A stretch of 64,000 nt of DNA, taken from NCBI GenBank assembly GCA_937942435.1, contig CALDEM010000026.1:3529-67528 (forward strand), in the 5' to 3' direction. Position numbers and translations under genes: made by a program. The notes beneath the pieces are model-generated. The model did not search any database. It was not told the origin of the DNA and saw nothing but the letters and a program-made list of their open reading frames with translations. This document shows positions 1-8,129 of this stretch, piece after piece (position 1 is the first letter of the stretch; every line of letters starts with the position of its first letter). The stretch comes from an uncultured Saprospiraceae bacterium. GTDB taxonomy: Bacteria > Bacteroidota > Bacteroidia > Chitinophagales > Saprospiraceae.

Positions 1-292
1 CGATAGGATGATCACTAATGACACCATCGATCAAGAAGAATGGGAACAGTTCTCAAAAGAATTCAGCAGTGTCCATGAAGGCTTCATACAAAAAATAACA
101 AAGCAGTTTGGCATGTTCTCACAAAGTGAGATGAGATTGATATCCCTACTAAAAATGAATCTTACATCTAAGGAGATTGCTAACATCCTTCGCATATCCG
201 ATGAAGGAATCAAGAAAGCTAGGTATCGACTGAGAAAGAAGATGGGATTGACAAGCGGTCAAGATCTACAAGGAATTATACTTGCCTTATAA
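1..292 (+). CDS. C-terminal LuxR/GerE-type HTH domain of a larger regulator (5' end cut by the window edge)
   Basis: The frame is open to the window edge. SEMRLISLLKMNLTSKEIANILRISDEGIKKARYRLRKKMGL fits the LuxR_C/GerE helix-turn-helix pattern. Confidence 0.7.
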   Translation, partial: DRMITNDTIDQEEWEQFSKEFSSVHEGFIQKITKQFGMFSQSEMRLISLLKMNLTSKEIANILRISDEGIKKARYRLRKKMGLTSGQDLQGIILAL

Positions 293-570
293 TTTTTCTA
301 GTGTGGTTTCAACCTTGAATGAAAACTGCGTATAACGCTTTGTTTGCTGAAGGCTTCCTCGCCTCAGCATAATCAGTACATCATGGCCCACGACTTCTGA
401 TAACTTTAAGTTTGATGGCGAATACAACAAAAATATGGAAGGCAAAGAGAGCAGCTGATGCTGGGAGCCTACAGCAACACTGGGTCTAATGATTCTGCAG
501 TCGATTATCAACCGACTAATTAACATCTAATTTATTCGTTAAACAACAGTTGCTGTAACAACTAATTTAT

Positions 571-578
571 TATATTTG
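571..578 (+). promoter_or_regulatory. Bacteroidota-type -7 promoter element (TAnnTTTG)
   Basis: TATATTTG matches the TAnnTTTG -7 consensus exactly and lies 19 nt upstream of the ATG at 597. It overlaps the TTG at 576 that the ORF track used as a start, which argues for the ATG. Confidence 0.45.
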
Positions 579-596
579 GATATACAACATCTTGTT

Positions 597-2378
597 ATGC
601 ATCCAGATATCACCTCCAATCCTATCATAGACCGACTACCAGCCAAGCTTAAGCAGTATATCAAGCCCCAAGATTACGAGCGCTATACTGCACAAGATCA
701 TGCACTATGGAGATATGTGATGCGCAAAAACATAAAGCATCTTCAGCATGTCGCCCATGAGTCTTATCTCGAGGGACTCGACAAAACAGGCATAACCATC
801 GAACGCATTCCCAGTATGTATGGCATGAATCGCATCTTGCAAGACATTGGTTGGGCGGCAGTGGCTGTTGATGGGTTGATACCATCTGATGCCTTCATGG
901 AGTTTCAAGCATACAACACCTTAGTAATCGCATCTGATATCAGACAACTCGATCATATAGAATATACACCCACGCCTGACATCATCCATGAGTCAGCAGG
1001 ACATGCGCCTATATTGGCCAATCGAGAGTATGCAGAATACCTCCGTAGATTTGGTCAGATCGGAAGCAAGGCCATCTCATCGGCTTTGGATGATGAACTT
1101 TATGAAGCAGTAAGAACACTGTCCATCCTCAAAGAGCATCCGAGCTCTTCTAGGTCCTCCATCATCGAAGCAGAAGAAAAAGTGACAGCACTCCAAGGGC
1201 AGATCACTACCCTTTCGGAAATGACACAGATGCGCAACCTCCATTGGTGGACTGTAGAGTATGGTCTTATCGGAACCATACAAGATTATAAACAATATGG
1301 TGCAGGGCTACTTTCTTCCATCGGAGAGAGCAAATGGTGCATGACAGACGAGGTGACCAAGATACCTTACACCATAGAGGCAGCTCAACAAAACTTTGAT
1401 GTGACCAAGCCTCAACCCCAACTGTTCGTCACACCTGACTTTGCTCATCTTAATCTTGTCTTAGAAGAATTTGCAGAAAGTCTATCACTTAGAAAAGGTG
1501 GACTTAGCGGTCTAAAAAAACTGATCGCATCAAAAGGTCTTGGAACTATAGAGTTGAGCACAGGTCTCCAGATATCTGGGACATTTACAAAAGTGATAGA
1601 AGACGATAACAGTAGAAACGGTATCGCTTACTTCCAGACTTCTGGTGAGACAGTACTGGCATATCGAGATCAACAAATGACAGGACATGGCCGATTGGAC
1701 CATCCCAATGGCATAGGATCTCCATTGGGTTATCTCAAGGGATACAACCTCGCCATAGAGGACATGTCTCCCAAGGATCTGGCTGCGTATGATATACATG
1801 AAGGTAAGCGGATACTTTTAGAATTTGAAAGTGGTGTCAAAGTAGAAGGTCGCGTCATCACTGGAGCACGCAATATCTTTGGTAAGATCCAAGCTGTATA
1901 TTTTGAAGAGTGCTTAGTCACCTATCAGAGAGAATTGCTCTTCACTCCTGACATGGGTGTCTATTGTATGGCAGTGTGCAAGGACATCACTTCTGCTTAT
2001 GCGGGCCCTGCAGACGATGAGTCGTTTGACTTGATCCATCATCAGGTATCGGATGATTCACCTATCACAGTATCAGATCAAGAGGCTAAGGCTTTAGAAC
2101 TTTTCGGTCGAGCCAAATCTTACATTAAGAAAGACAACATAACTGACGACGAACTTAGCAAATTAGAAAAAGATTATTTATCCACTGAACCAACTAACTG
2201 GTTACTCGGACTTGAGATCATAGAGGTTGCCATAAAGTTCAATAATTATAGTACCATTATTAGATTAAAGGACCATCTCAACCTTCTTGCAAATGATAAC
2301 AAAGAAATCTCCCACCTCATAAACGAAGGTTTAGAGATGATAGAGGGAGAAGCGCTACTTGCAACGAGTCTCGATTAG
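597..2378 (+). CDS. Aromatic amino acid hydroxylase (phenylalanine-4-hydroxylase-like), long form with a ~300-aa C-terminal extension
   Basis: IIHESAGHAPIL (H-x4-H) plus WWTVEYGLIG (Glu) gives the 2-His-1-carboxylate iron site of biopterin-dependent hydroxylases. Start is taken at ATG 597 rather than TTG 576. Confidence 0.8.
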   Translation: MHPDITSNPIIDRLPAKLKQYIKPQDYERYTAQDHALWRYVMRKNIKHLQHVAHESYLEGLDKTGITIERIPSMYGMNRILQDIGWAAVAVDGLIPSDAFMEFQAYNTLVIASDIRQLDHIEYTPTPDIIHESAGHAPILANREYAEYLRRFGQIGSKAISSALDDELYEAVRTLSILKEHPSSSRSSIIEAEEKVTALQGQITTLSEMTQMRNLHWWTVEYGLIGTIQDYKQYGAGLLSSIGESKWCMTDEVTKIPYTIEAAQQNFDVTKPQPQLFVTPDFAHLNLVLEEFAESLSLRKGGLSGLKKLIASKGLGTIELSTGLQISGTFTKVIEDDNSRNGIAYFQTSGETVLAYRDQQMTGHGRLDHPNGIGSPLGYLKGYNLAIEDMSPKDLAAYDIHEGKRILLEFESGVKVEGRVITGARNIFGKIQAVYFEECLVTYQRELLFTPDMGVYCMAVCKDITSAYAGPADDESFDLIHHQVSDDSPITVSDQEAKALELFGRAKSYIKKDNITDDELSKLEKDYLSTEPTNWLLGLEIIEVAIKFNNYSTIIRLKDHLNLLANDNKEISHLINEGLEMIEGEALLATSLD

Positions 2379-3322
2379 AAGCTCCGCTTCATACGCCGCA
2401 ACCATCTCATCCAGGCAGGAAGATGATCTCTAATGACGTGATGATATGTCCTTACTTCAGGCCCATACCCTCTAAAAAACTCAGCAACACTGGGGATCTC
2501 TGATCCTTCAAAGTCAAAAATTAGACCACTACTACTATACTTTTCAATAACTCTATCAATTAGATAGTGCATGGCGTACAGACTCTTGCCCTCCTTTGTA
2601 GCACTCCCTAATAATTGAATCAGCCGCTTTTGGTTTTTTAGAAAAAAGACACTAGCTAAGACCTTACCGCTATCATCGTGCACACTATAGATATCTCCCT
2701 TTTTTTTACGGATAGCAATTGATATCAGATCAATAACATTACCATAATCTCTATCACTCAAATAAACCTTATCATTCAACTCATTTTTATACAATACGAC
2801 AACTTCACTTGGGCTAACAACTCCAGTTTTAAAGACCAATGAACCACTACCCTTTTTTATTCTTTTTTTAAGTGATCTTCTATAGTTTTTTCTAATCTCT
2901 TCATAAGATCGATGAAGATCTAATGTCATATTAGTTCTTGGAAGAGCCCTATATCCAAGTACATCATCTATCGGATTTGTCTCATTGCAACTGTATGCTA
3001 CATATTTGAATTTTGAAGGTATAGCAGAAAGAAAACTCTTGAGTTGTGCTTCACTAACACTTCCAACTCCAAAGACGCCTAGCTGCTGCGTAAAGTGCGG
3101 TTGAAAGATCTGTTTTAGTCCCAACAGCTTAGTGTTATATGGTAGCGGCATCACATAGTCATCATCACCACTGATTAAAGCGTCCCACCCCTTTGCCATC
3201 GTATCAAGATACCAGCTATAGGCGTATGGTAAGCCATTAGAAGCTTGATCGATGGCATCATCCCATCGCGACTTATCTATATCGGCATGCTTGACATATC
3301 TTATAGTTAAGTCGGTCGTCAT
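2375..3322 (-). CDS. Hypothetical protein, possibly a GNAT/FemAB-like acyltransferase fold
   Basis: 315-aa ORF, stop-overlapped with the convergent hydroxylase gene and lying next to rsmD. Only weak resemblance to GNAT-like proteins commonly found at this position in Bacteroidota. Confidence 0.35.
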   Translation of the reverse strand: MTTDLTIRYVKHADIDKSRWDDAIDQASNGLPYAYSWYLDTMAKGWDALISGDDDYVMPLPYNTKLLGLKQIFQPHFTQQLGVFGVGSVSEAQLKSFLSAIPSKFKYVAYSCNETNPIDDVLGYRALPRTNMTLDLHRSYEEIRKNYRRSLKKRIKKGSGSLVFKTGVVSPSEVVVLYKNELNDKVYLSDRDYGNVIDLISIAIRKKKGDIYSVHDDSGKVLASVFFLKNQKRLIQLLGSATKEGKSLYAMHYLIDRVIEKYSSSGLIFDFEGSEIPSVAEFFRGYGPEVRTYHHVIRDHLPAWMRWLRRMKRSF

Positions 3323-3325
3323 CTC

Positions 3326-3877
3326 CTAATTGAAAAAGCTAAATCTTGACTGCCCGTATTTTCGTGACTCAGTACAGCGCGAATGGCTTTCATAATCAAC
3401 ATCACTACCATGCTCGATCACTAACAGTCCATCTTCAGTCAAAAGAGAATTGTCTAACACCATACTGGCTAATTGTGGCAACCATGGCAAGGCATATGGA
3501 GGGTCTGCAAATATGAAGTTGAAAGACGATGAGTCTTCTGAAGCCCCATGTCTTTTTATAAACTTGGCAACATCCATTTTTATAATCTGAGCCTCTTTTT
3601 CTAAGTCTAAAGACTTAATCTGTTGCTTCACCCAAGATACACACTTAGGAAACATATCTACGTAAGTTACATCCGTGCAACCTCTTGATAAAAACTCAAA
3701 CACATGTGCGCCTGTGCCACCAAAAAGGTCCAACATCACGGCATCCTCAAAATCAATTCTGTTTGCTAGGATATTATAAAGTGCTTCTTTAGCGATATCA
3801 GTAGTAGGTCTTGTGGGCCACTTCTTCATAGGTGGCTGCAGCACTCGTCCACCTAATGTCCCGCTGATTATCCGCAT
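3326..3877 (-). CDS. rsmD: 16S rRNA (guanine966-N2)-methyltransferase RsmD
   Basis: MRIISGTLGGRVLQPP N-terminus, LDLFGGTGA SAM motif, and the FADPPY catalytic motif. Confidence 0.85.
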   Translation of the reverse strand: MRIISGTLGGRVLQPPMKKWPTRPTTDIAKEALYNILANRIDFEDAVMLDLFGGTGAHVFEFLSRGCTDVTYVDMFPKCVSWVKQQIKSLDLEKEAQIIKMDVAKFIKRHGASEDSSSFNFIFADPPYALPWLPQLASMVLDNSLLTEDGLLVIEHGSDVDYESHSRCTESRKYGQSRFSFFN

Positions 3878-4659
3878 AGGTATACGCTTTGCAATGGGTA
3901 ATAAAGTGAAGAGTTTTCTAATAACTGATCATCCAGCTTGAGTGATGAAGAACGGTAACTTAGGTTATTATAATATCTGCTCAGTAATCGCTCTGTCTCA
4001 TCTCCTCGGATGAAGGCTCCAGAAAACTCGATGTCAACATCTCGTTTTTTTACACCTATATTTTTCTGGATCAAACTGATGTAATATAGCGTTGTGATAG
4101 GGCTAAGACTGACAAAAGTGTTAGCAATATGAAGTCGTCCATTAACAAAAGCAATGATGATGATGAGATCTTGGTATCGGCTTACATGAATCACTGATCT
4201 TGTATCTTCAGGCTTGACTAGAGGAAGCAAGGTGCCTACTTGGTGATAGATGATCGGTATGGAGGGCAGCTTAAAACAATACTGGTACAACGACTTTGGT
4301 ATCGCGTAGCAGACGTATAAACCAGCGGCTTGGACGTGATCGGCTTGGAAGACATATTGATGTCGTGGCGATGATCCGAGTACTTGATAAACATAGTCCT
4401 CTAATGAACGCTCGTTGTAATCCGCTTCAGGTATGAGGGTGTAATACCTATTAGCAAGGGCTATTTTGGTTGACCTTAATTTAGGGTATTTTTTAAGATC
4501 AATCTCTTCACTCTGTTGAATGAGATGCACTTCTTCTAATTGACCTTCATCATTAGTGATGGCATAAAAAAAACTGTCCACATCTATTAATGCGGACAGT
4601 TTGTATGTCTTTTCAGAATCTGGAGTATGTAGAGAAGTTAAGCTCTTTTTTACTTCCAA
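3868..4659 (-). CDS. DUF3822-like hypothetical protein
   Basis: 263 aa, overlapping rsmD by 10 nt. Its position upstream of rsmD is typical of the Bacteroidota DUF3822 family. The family assignment is from memory. Confidence 0.45.
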   Translation of the reverse strand: MEVKKSLTSLHTPDSEKTYKLSALIDVDSFFYAITNDEGQLEEVHLIQQSEEIDLKKYPKLRSTKIALANRYYTLIPEADYNERSLEDYVYQVLGSSPRHQYVFQADHVQAAGLYVCYAIPKSLYQYCFKLPSIPIIYHQVGTLLPLVKPEDTRSVIHVSRYQDLIIIIAFVNGRLHIANTFVSLSPITTLYYISLIQKNIGVKKRDVDIEFSGAFIRGDETERLLSRYYNNLSYRSSSLKLDDQLLENSSLYYPLQSVYLCG

Positions 4660-5234
4660 TTACCTTCAAGGTTAGGTGAAGACATGCTACCAAAACCAAT
4701 TCTTGCCATAGGGCTATAATCTTTCTGATACATGCTGAACTTTGGATCATTATAGTCGCCCATGAATGTTCCCCACTTAGTCATCACTTCTACTACAGGT
4801 ACGAGAGTAGACTGATATGTCATTGTATCTGCTTGAATCTCAAACTTCGATCCTTTGTTAGTATACGGCACATATGATAGCTCATCTAAGTTGATCCCCA
4901 ACGCTCTAATAGAATCAATCGCACTGTAATTGATGATATTAACCAAGAACTTGTCTGGATTTTCTGGATCCTCCGGATCTGCAATCAACTGGCGAAATGG
5001 TATACTATCTGTCTTTAGAACACTTGATAGTTGCTCGAAAGAAGGAGCAAACTCTCCTTTGATTTCACGATATAACTCTTGGGCTGTACGTATTTTCTGG
5101 AGCTTATCAGTGACTACGATCTTACGCTCGTCTAACTCAGCTCTAAACTTGATAGGCTCATTAATACCGCTATATAGCAAATAAGCAAAAAGAGCTACGG
5201 CACCTACAATGAGTAAATTGATAAGATACTTCAT
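4650..5234 (-). CDS. Membrane-anchored hypothetical protein
   Basis: N-terminal hydrophobic helix LINLLIVGAVALFAYLLY. Overlaps the downstream gene by 10 nt, suggesting an operon. Confidence 0.5.
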   Translation of the reverse strand: MKYLINLLIVGAVALFAYLLYSGINEPIKFRAELDERKIVVTDKLQKIRTAQELYREIKGEFAPSFEQLSSVLKTDSIPFRQLIADPEDPENPDKFLVNIINYSAIDSIRALGINLDELSYVPYTNKGSKFEIQADTMTYQSTLVPVVEVMTKWGTFMGDYNDPKFSMYQKDYSPMARIGFGSMSSPNLEGNWK

Positions 5235-5416
5235 TCAATCTCATGTTTTGATGTCACTTTTCATCATTCGATCAGCGACTATTGGTTAAATTAACTGGAT
5301 GCTAAAGTCAATATTACTAATGTCTCATCATCCGAAACACCCTACCTTAGCAGTTAGGATGAACTCCACAATAATACTATTTTTTAAAAAAATACCGTCT
5401 CATTACATTTAAAAAG

Positions 5417-6445
5417 ATGGCTCACTCTGACAATTCTGTGGTTATACTGGCAATCGAATCTTCCTGCGATGACACATCAGCCGCTGTGATCAAAGATGGA
5501 CAGCTGTTAAGCAACCATATCGCCAATCAAACGGTTCACCAAAAATACGGAGGTGTCGTCCCTGAGCTGGCCTCAAGACAGCATCATCTACAAATCGTCC
5601 CTGTAATAGATGCAGCCATTAAGGATGCTGGTGTGACACTCCCTCAAGTTTCTGCTATAGCTTTTACCCAAGGGCCTGGTTTACTAGGTAGTTTATTGGT
5701 TGGATGCTCATTTGCCAAGGGTCTAGCACTTAGCTTAGACAAGCCGTTGATAGCGGTCAATCACATGGAAGCGCATGTTCTAGCTCACTTTGTAGAAGAG
5801 CCTCGGCCTACTTTCCCTTTCTTATGTCTTACCGTATCTGGAGGGCATACACAGATCGTCAGAGTAGATAGTGTAGATCAACTCACAGTCTTAGGCACAA
5901 CGAGAGATGATGCAGCTGGAGAAGCATTTGATAAGATCGGCAAATACCTCGAACTGGACTATCCCGCAGGGCCGATCATTGATAAGTTAGCAAAGGAAGG
6001 CAAACCAGTGTTCTCGTTTAACAAGCCCAGGATAGAGGGATTGGGTTTTAGCTTCAGCGGCTTAAAGACATCAGTCTTATACTTCTTAAGAGATCGACTT
6101 AAGGAAGATAAGGACTTTATTAAGAACAATCTTCATGATATCTGCGCTTCTGTCCAAGCGACTATCGTAGAGATCTTGATGGATAAGCTGATCAAAGCAA
6201 GTAAGCAAGAAGGCATATCACATATCGGTATCGCAGGAGGCGTATCAGCTAATAGTGCTTTGCGCAAAGCACTACAAGATCAGGCAGCTGTCCACAATTG
6301 GCATACTTATGTGCCTGCGATCCAATATTGCACAGATAACGCTGGCATGATCGCCATGGCTGCACACTACAAGTATCTTAATAAGGTGTTCGTAGATCAA
6401 AACGTAACACCTGAGCCACGACTTAAGATGAAGAGTGTAGTCTAA
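5417..6445 (+). CDS. tsaD: tRNA N6-adenosine threonylcarbamoyltransferase TsaD (Kae1/Gcp)
   Basis: ILAIESSCDDTSAAV, VNHMEAHVLA and GGVSAN motifs characteristic of TsaD. Confidence 0.9.
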   Translation: MAHSDNSVVILAIESSCDDTSAAVIKDGQLLSNHIANQTVHQKYGGVVPELASRQHHLQIVPVIDAAIKDAGVTLPQVSAIAFTQGPGLLGSLLVGCSFAKGLALSLDKPLIAVNHMEAHVLAHFVEEPRPTFPFLCLTVSGGHTQIVRVDSVDQLTVLGTTRDDAAGEAFDKIGKYLELDYPAGPIIDKLAKEGKPVFSFNKPRIEGLGFSFSGLKTSVLYFLRDRLKEDKDFIKNNLHDICASVQATIVEILMDKLIKASKQEGISHIGIAGGVSANSALRKALQDQAAVHNWHTYVPAIQYCTDNAGMIAMAAHYKYLNKVFVDQNVTPEPRLKMKSVV

Positions 6446-6462
6446 CATCCAAAAGGTAAACA

Positions 6463-6834
6463 ATGGCATACGACGAACATCTCGCAGATAGAGTAAGACA
6501 AATCTTTAAAGATCAAAAAGCAGACTTCTACGAAAAGAAAATGTTCGGCGGCTTATGTTTTATGATTGATGAAAAGATGTGCTGTGGCATTCTCTTCAAT
6601 AAAAAGAAAAACACTGACCTCTTGATGGCAAGAATAGGAGAAGACGCTTCATCCTCAGCCATGTCTAAAGAAGGATGCCAGCCTATGGACTTCACAAGGC
6701 GACCCATGAAGGGCTTTGTCTTTGTTACTCCCGATGGATATGACATGGACGATCAGTTATTGTATTGGGTGAAATTATGTCTTGATTTTAATCCATTTGC
6801 GAAAGCGAGTAAAAAGAGAAAAACCAACAAATAG
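6463..6834 (+). CDS. TfoX N-terminal domain-like protein
   Basis: 123 aa. LADRVRQIF...KKMFGGLCFMIDEKMCCGI matches the TfoX_N pattern. Confidence 0.6.
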   Translation: MAYDEHLADRVRQIFKDQKADFYEKKMFGGLCFMIDEKMCCGILFNKKKNTDLLMARIGEDASSSAMSKEGCQPMDFTRRPMKGFVFVTPDGYDMDDQLLYWVKLCLDFNPFAKASKKRKTNK

Positions 6835-6954
6835 CTCCTAATCATCTACTTGGCCTTACTAGCACTAACCCATAGGATCGCTTTATCTTTCAGACATAAT
6901 ATATATCTTACATCACCCAGTATTTTTTAAAAGTATAAATGGATACCGAGTCTA

Positions 6955-7944
6955 ATGAAGTTAACTAATATCAGATTAGAGGTGATGCAGACCATTGAAA
7001 AGTCAATGGATGAGATGCTTGAGAAATATTTGAAGCCAATAGAAACCAATTGGCAACCATCAGACTTTCTTCCAGACTCAAAGGATGATGACTTTTTTGA
7101 TAAGATCAGAGAGTTACAAGGACAGGCGCAAGAGATGAGCTATGATCTACTGGCTGTGCTGATCGGCGATACAATAACAGAAGAGGCACTGCCAACTTAT
7201 GAAGCATGGCTCATGAGTGTAGAAGGTGTAGACAATGATGGGCGCAATGGCTGGTCTCAATGGGTAAGGTCATGGACGGCAGAAGAAAACCGTCACGGCG
7301 ATCTACTCAATAAATATCTATACCTATGCGGTCGCGTGGATATGAGAGAGATGGAGATATCTACTCAGTATCTCATTAGTGATGGATTTGACATAGGTAC
7401 TGGGAGAGATCCATATAAGAACTTCGTCTATACGAGCTTTCAAGAGCTCGCCACTAATGTCTCACATAGAAGAGTGGCTACTTTGGCTCGCAAGGCCAAC
7501 AATCCAGAGCTCGCTAAGATGTGTGCATTTATAGCCGCTGATGAGGCAAGACATGCTAGCGCATACATCCACTTTGTCAATAAAATCATGGAGCTTGATG
7601 CCGATCAGATGATGCTCGCATTTGAAGATATGATGCGTAAGAAGATCGTGATGCCCGCTCATCTCATGAGACAATCAGGAAGTGATCTCGGTCTTGGAGA
7701 ATTGTTTGATCACTTTTCAGATGCGGCGCAACGCATCCAAGTATATACAACACATGACTACATAGACATCTTGCGATCCCTGATTGATCAATGGAACATC
7801 GGTAATATATCTGGCCTCACAGATATAGGTAACAAAGCACGTGATTATATCATGGCTCTGCCGGATAGACTACAACGCATCTCAGAACGAGTGAAGATCC
7901 CTGAGAAGCAATATGAGTTTAATTGGATCGGCAAGATCGCATAA
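6955..7944 (+). CDS. Soluble acyl-ACP desaturase (di-iron, stearoyl-ACP desaturase family)
   Basis: Two E-x-x-H di-iron motifs (TAEENRHGDLL and AADEARHASAY) with spacing typical of plant/actinobacterial acyl-ACP desaturases. Confidence 0.8.
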   Translation: MKLTNIRLEVMQTIEKSMDEMLEKYLKPIETNWQPSDFLPDSKDDDFFDKIRELQGQAQEMSYDLLAVLIGDTITEEALPTYEAWLMSVEGVDNDGRNGWSQWVRSWTAEENRHGDLLNKYLYLCGRVDMREMEISTQYLISDGFDIGTGRDPYKNFVYTSFQELATNVSHRRVATLARKANNPELAKMCAFIAADEARHASAYIHFVNKIMELDADQMMLAFEDMMRKKIVMPAHLMRQSGSDLGLGELFDHFSDAAQRIQVYTTHDYIDILRSLIDQWNIGNISGLTDIGNKARDYIMALPDRLQRISERVKIPEKQYEFNWIGKIA

Positions 7945-8066
7945 GACTCACTAAGAAGCTTAAAGAATCATAAGTTATAATCCACTTAAAGATATTCGCT
8001 GCGTCCTAACAAATTAATGTTCTGCATCAGCTATTCATAGTACCAACTAAACAACTTAAAATTAGA

Positions 8067-8099
8067 AAAGGGTCTTGGCGTTATAGCCAAGACCCTTTG
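8067..8099. terminator. Bidirectional intrinsic terminator between convergent genes
   Basis: A 10-bp GC-rich stem (GGGTCTTGGC / GCCAAGACCC) is flanked by AAAA on one side and TTTGTCATTT on the other. Confidence 0.75.
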
Positions 8100-8129
8100 T
8101 CATTTCAATTAAACTGTAATTAGAAATTT

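Noticed and set aside
576-596. TTG at 576 as the start of the hydroxylase gene (ORF-track start)
   Set aside because: The TTG is part of an exact TAnnTTTG -7 promoter box (571-578). The ATG at 597 is the more plausible start.
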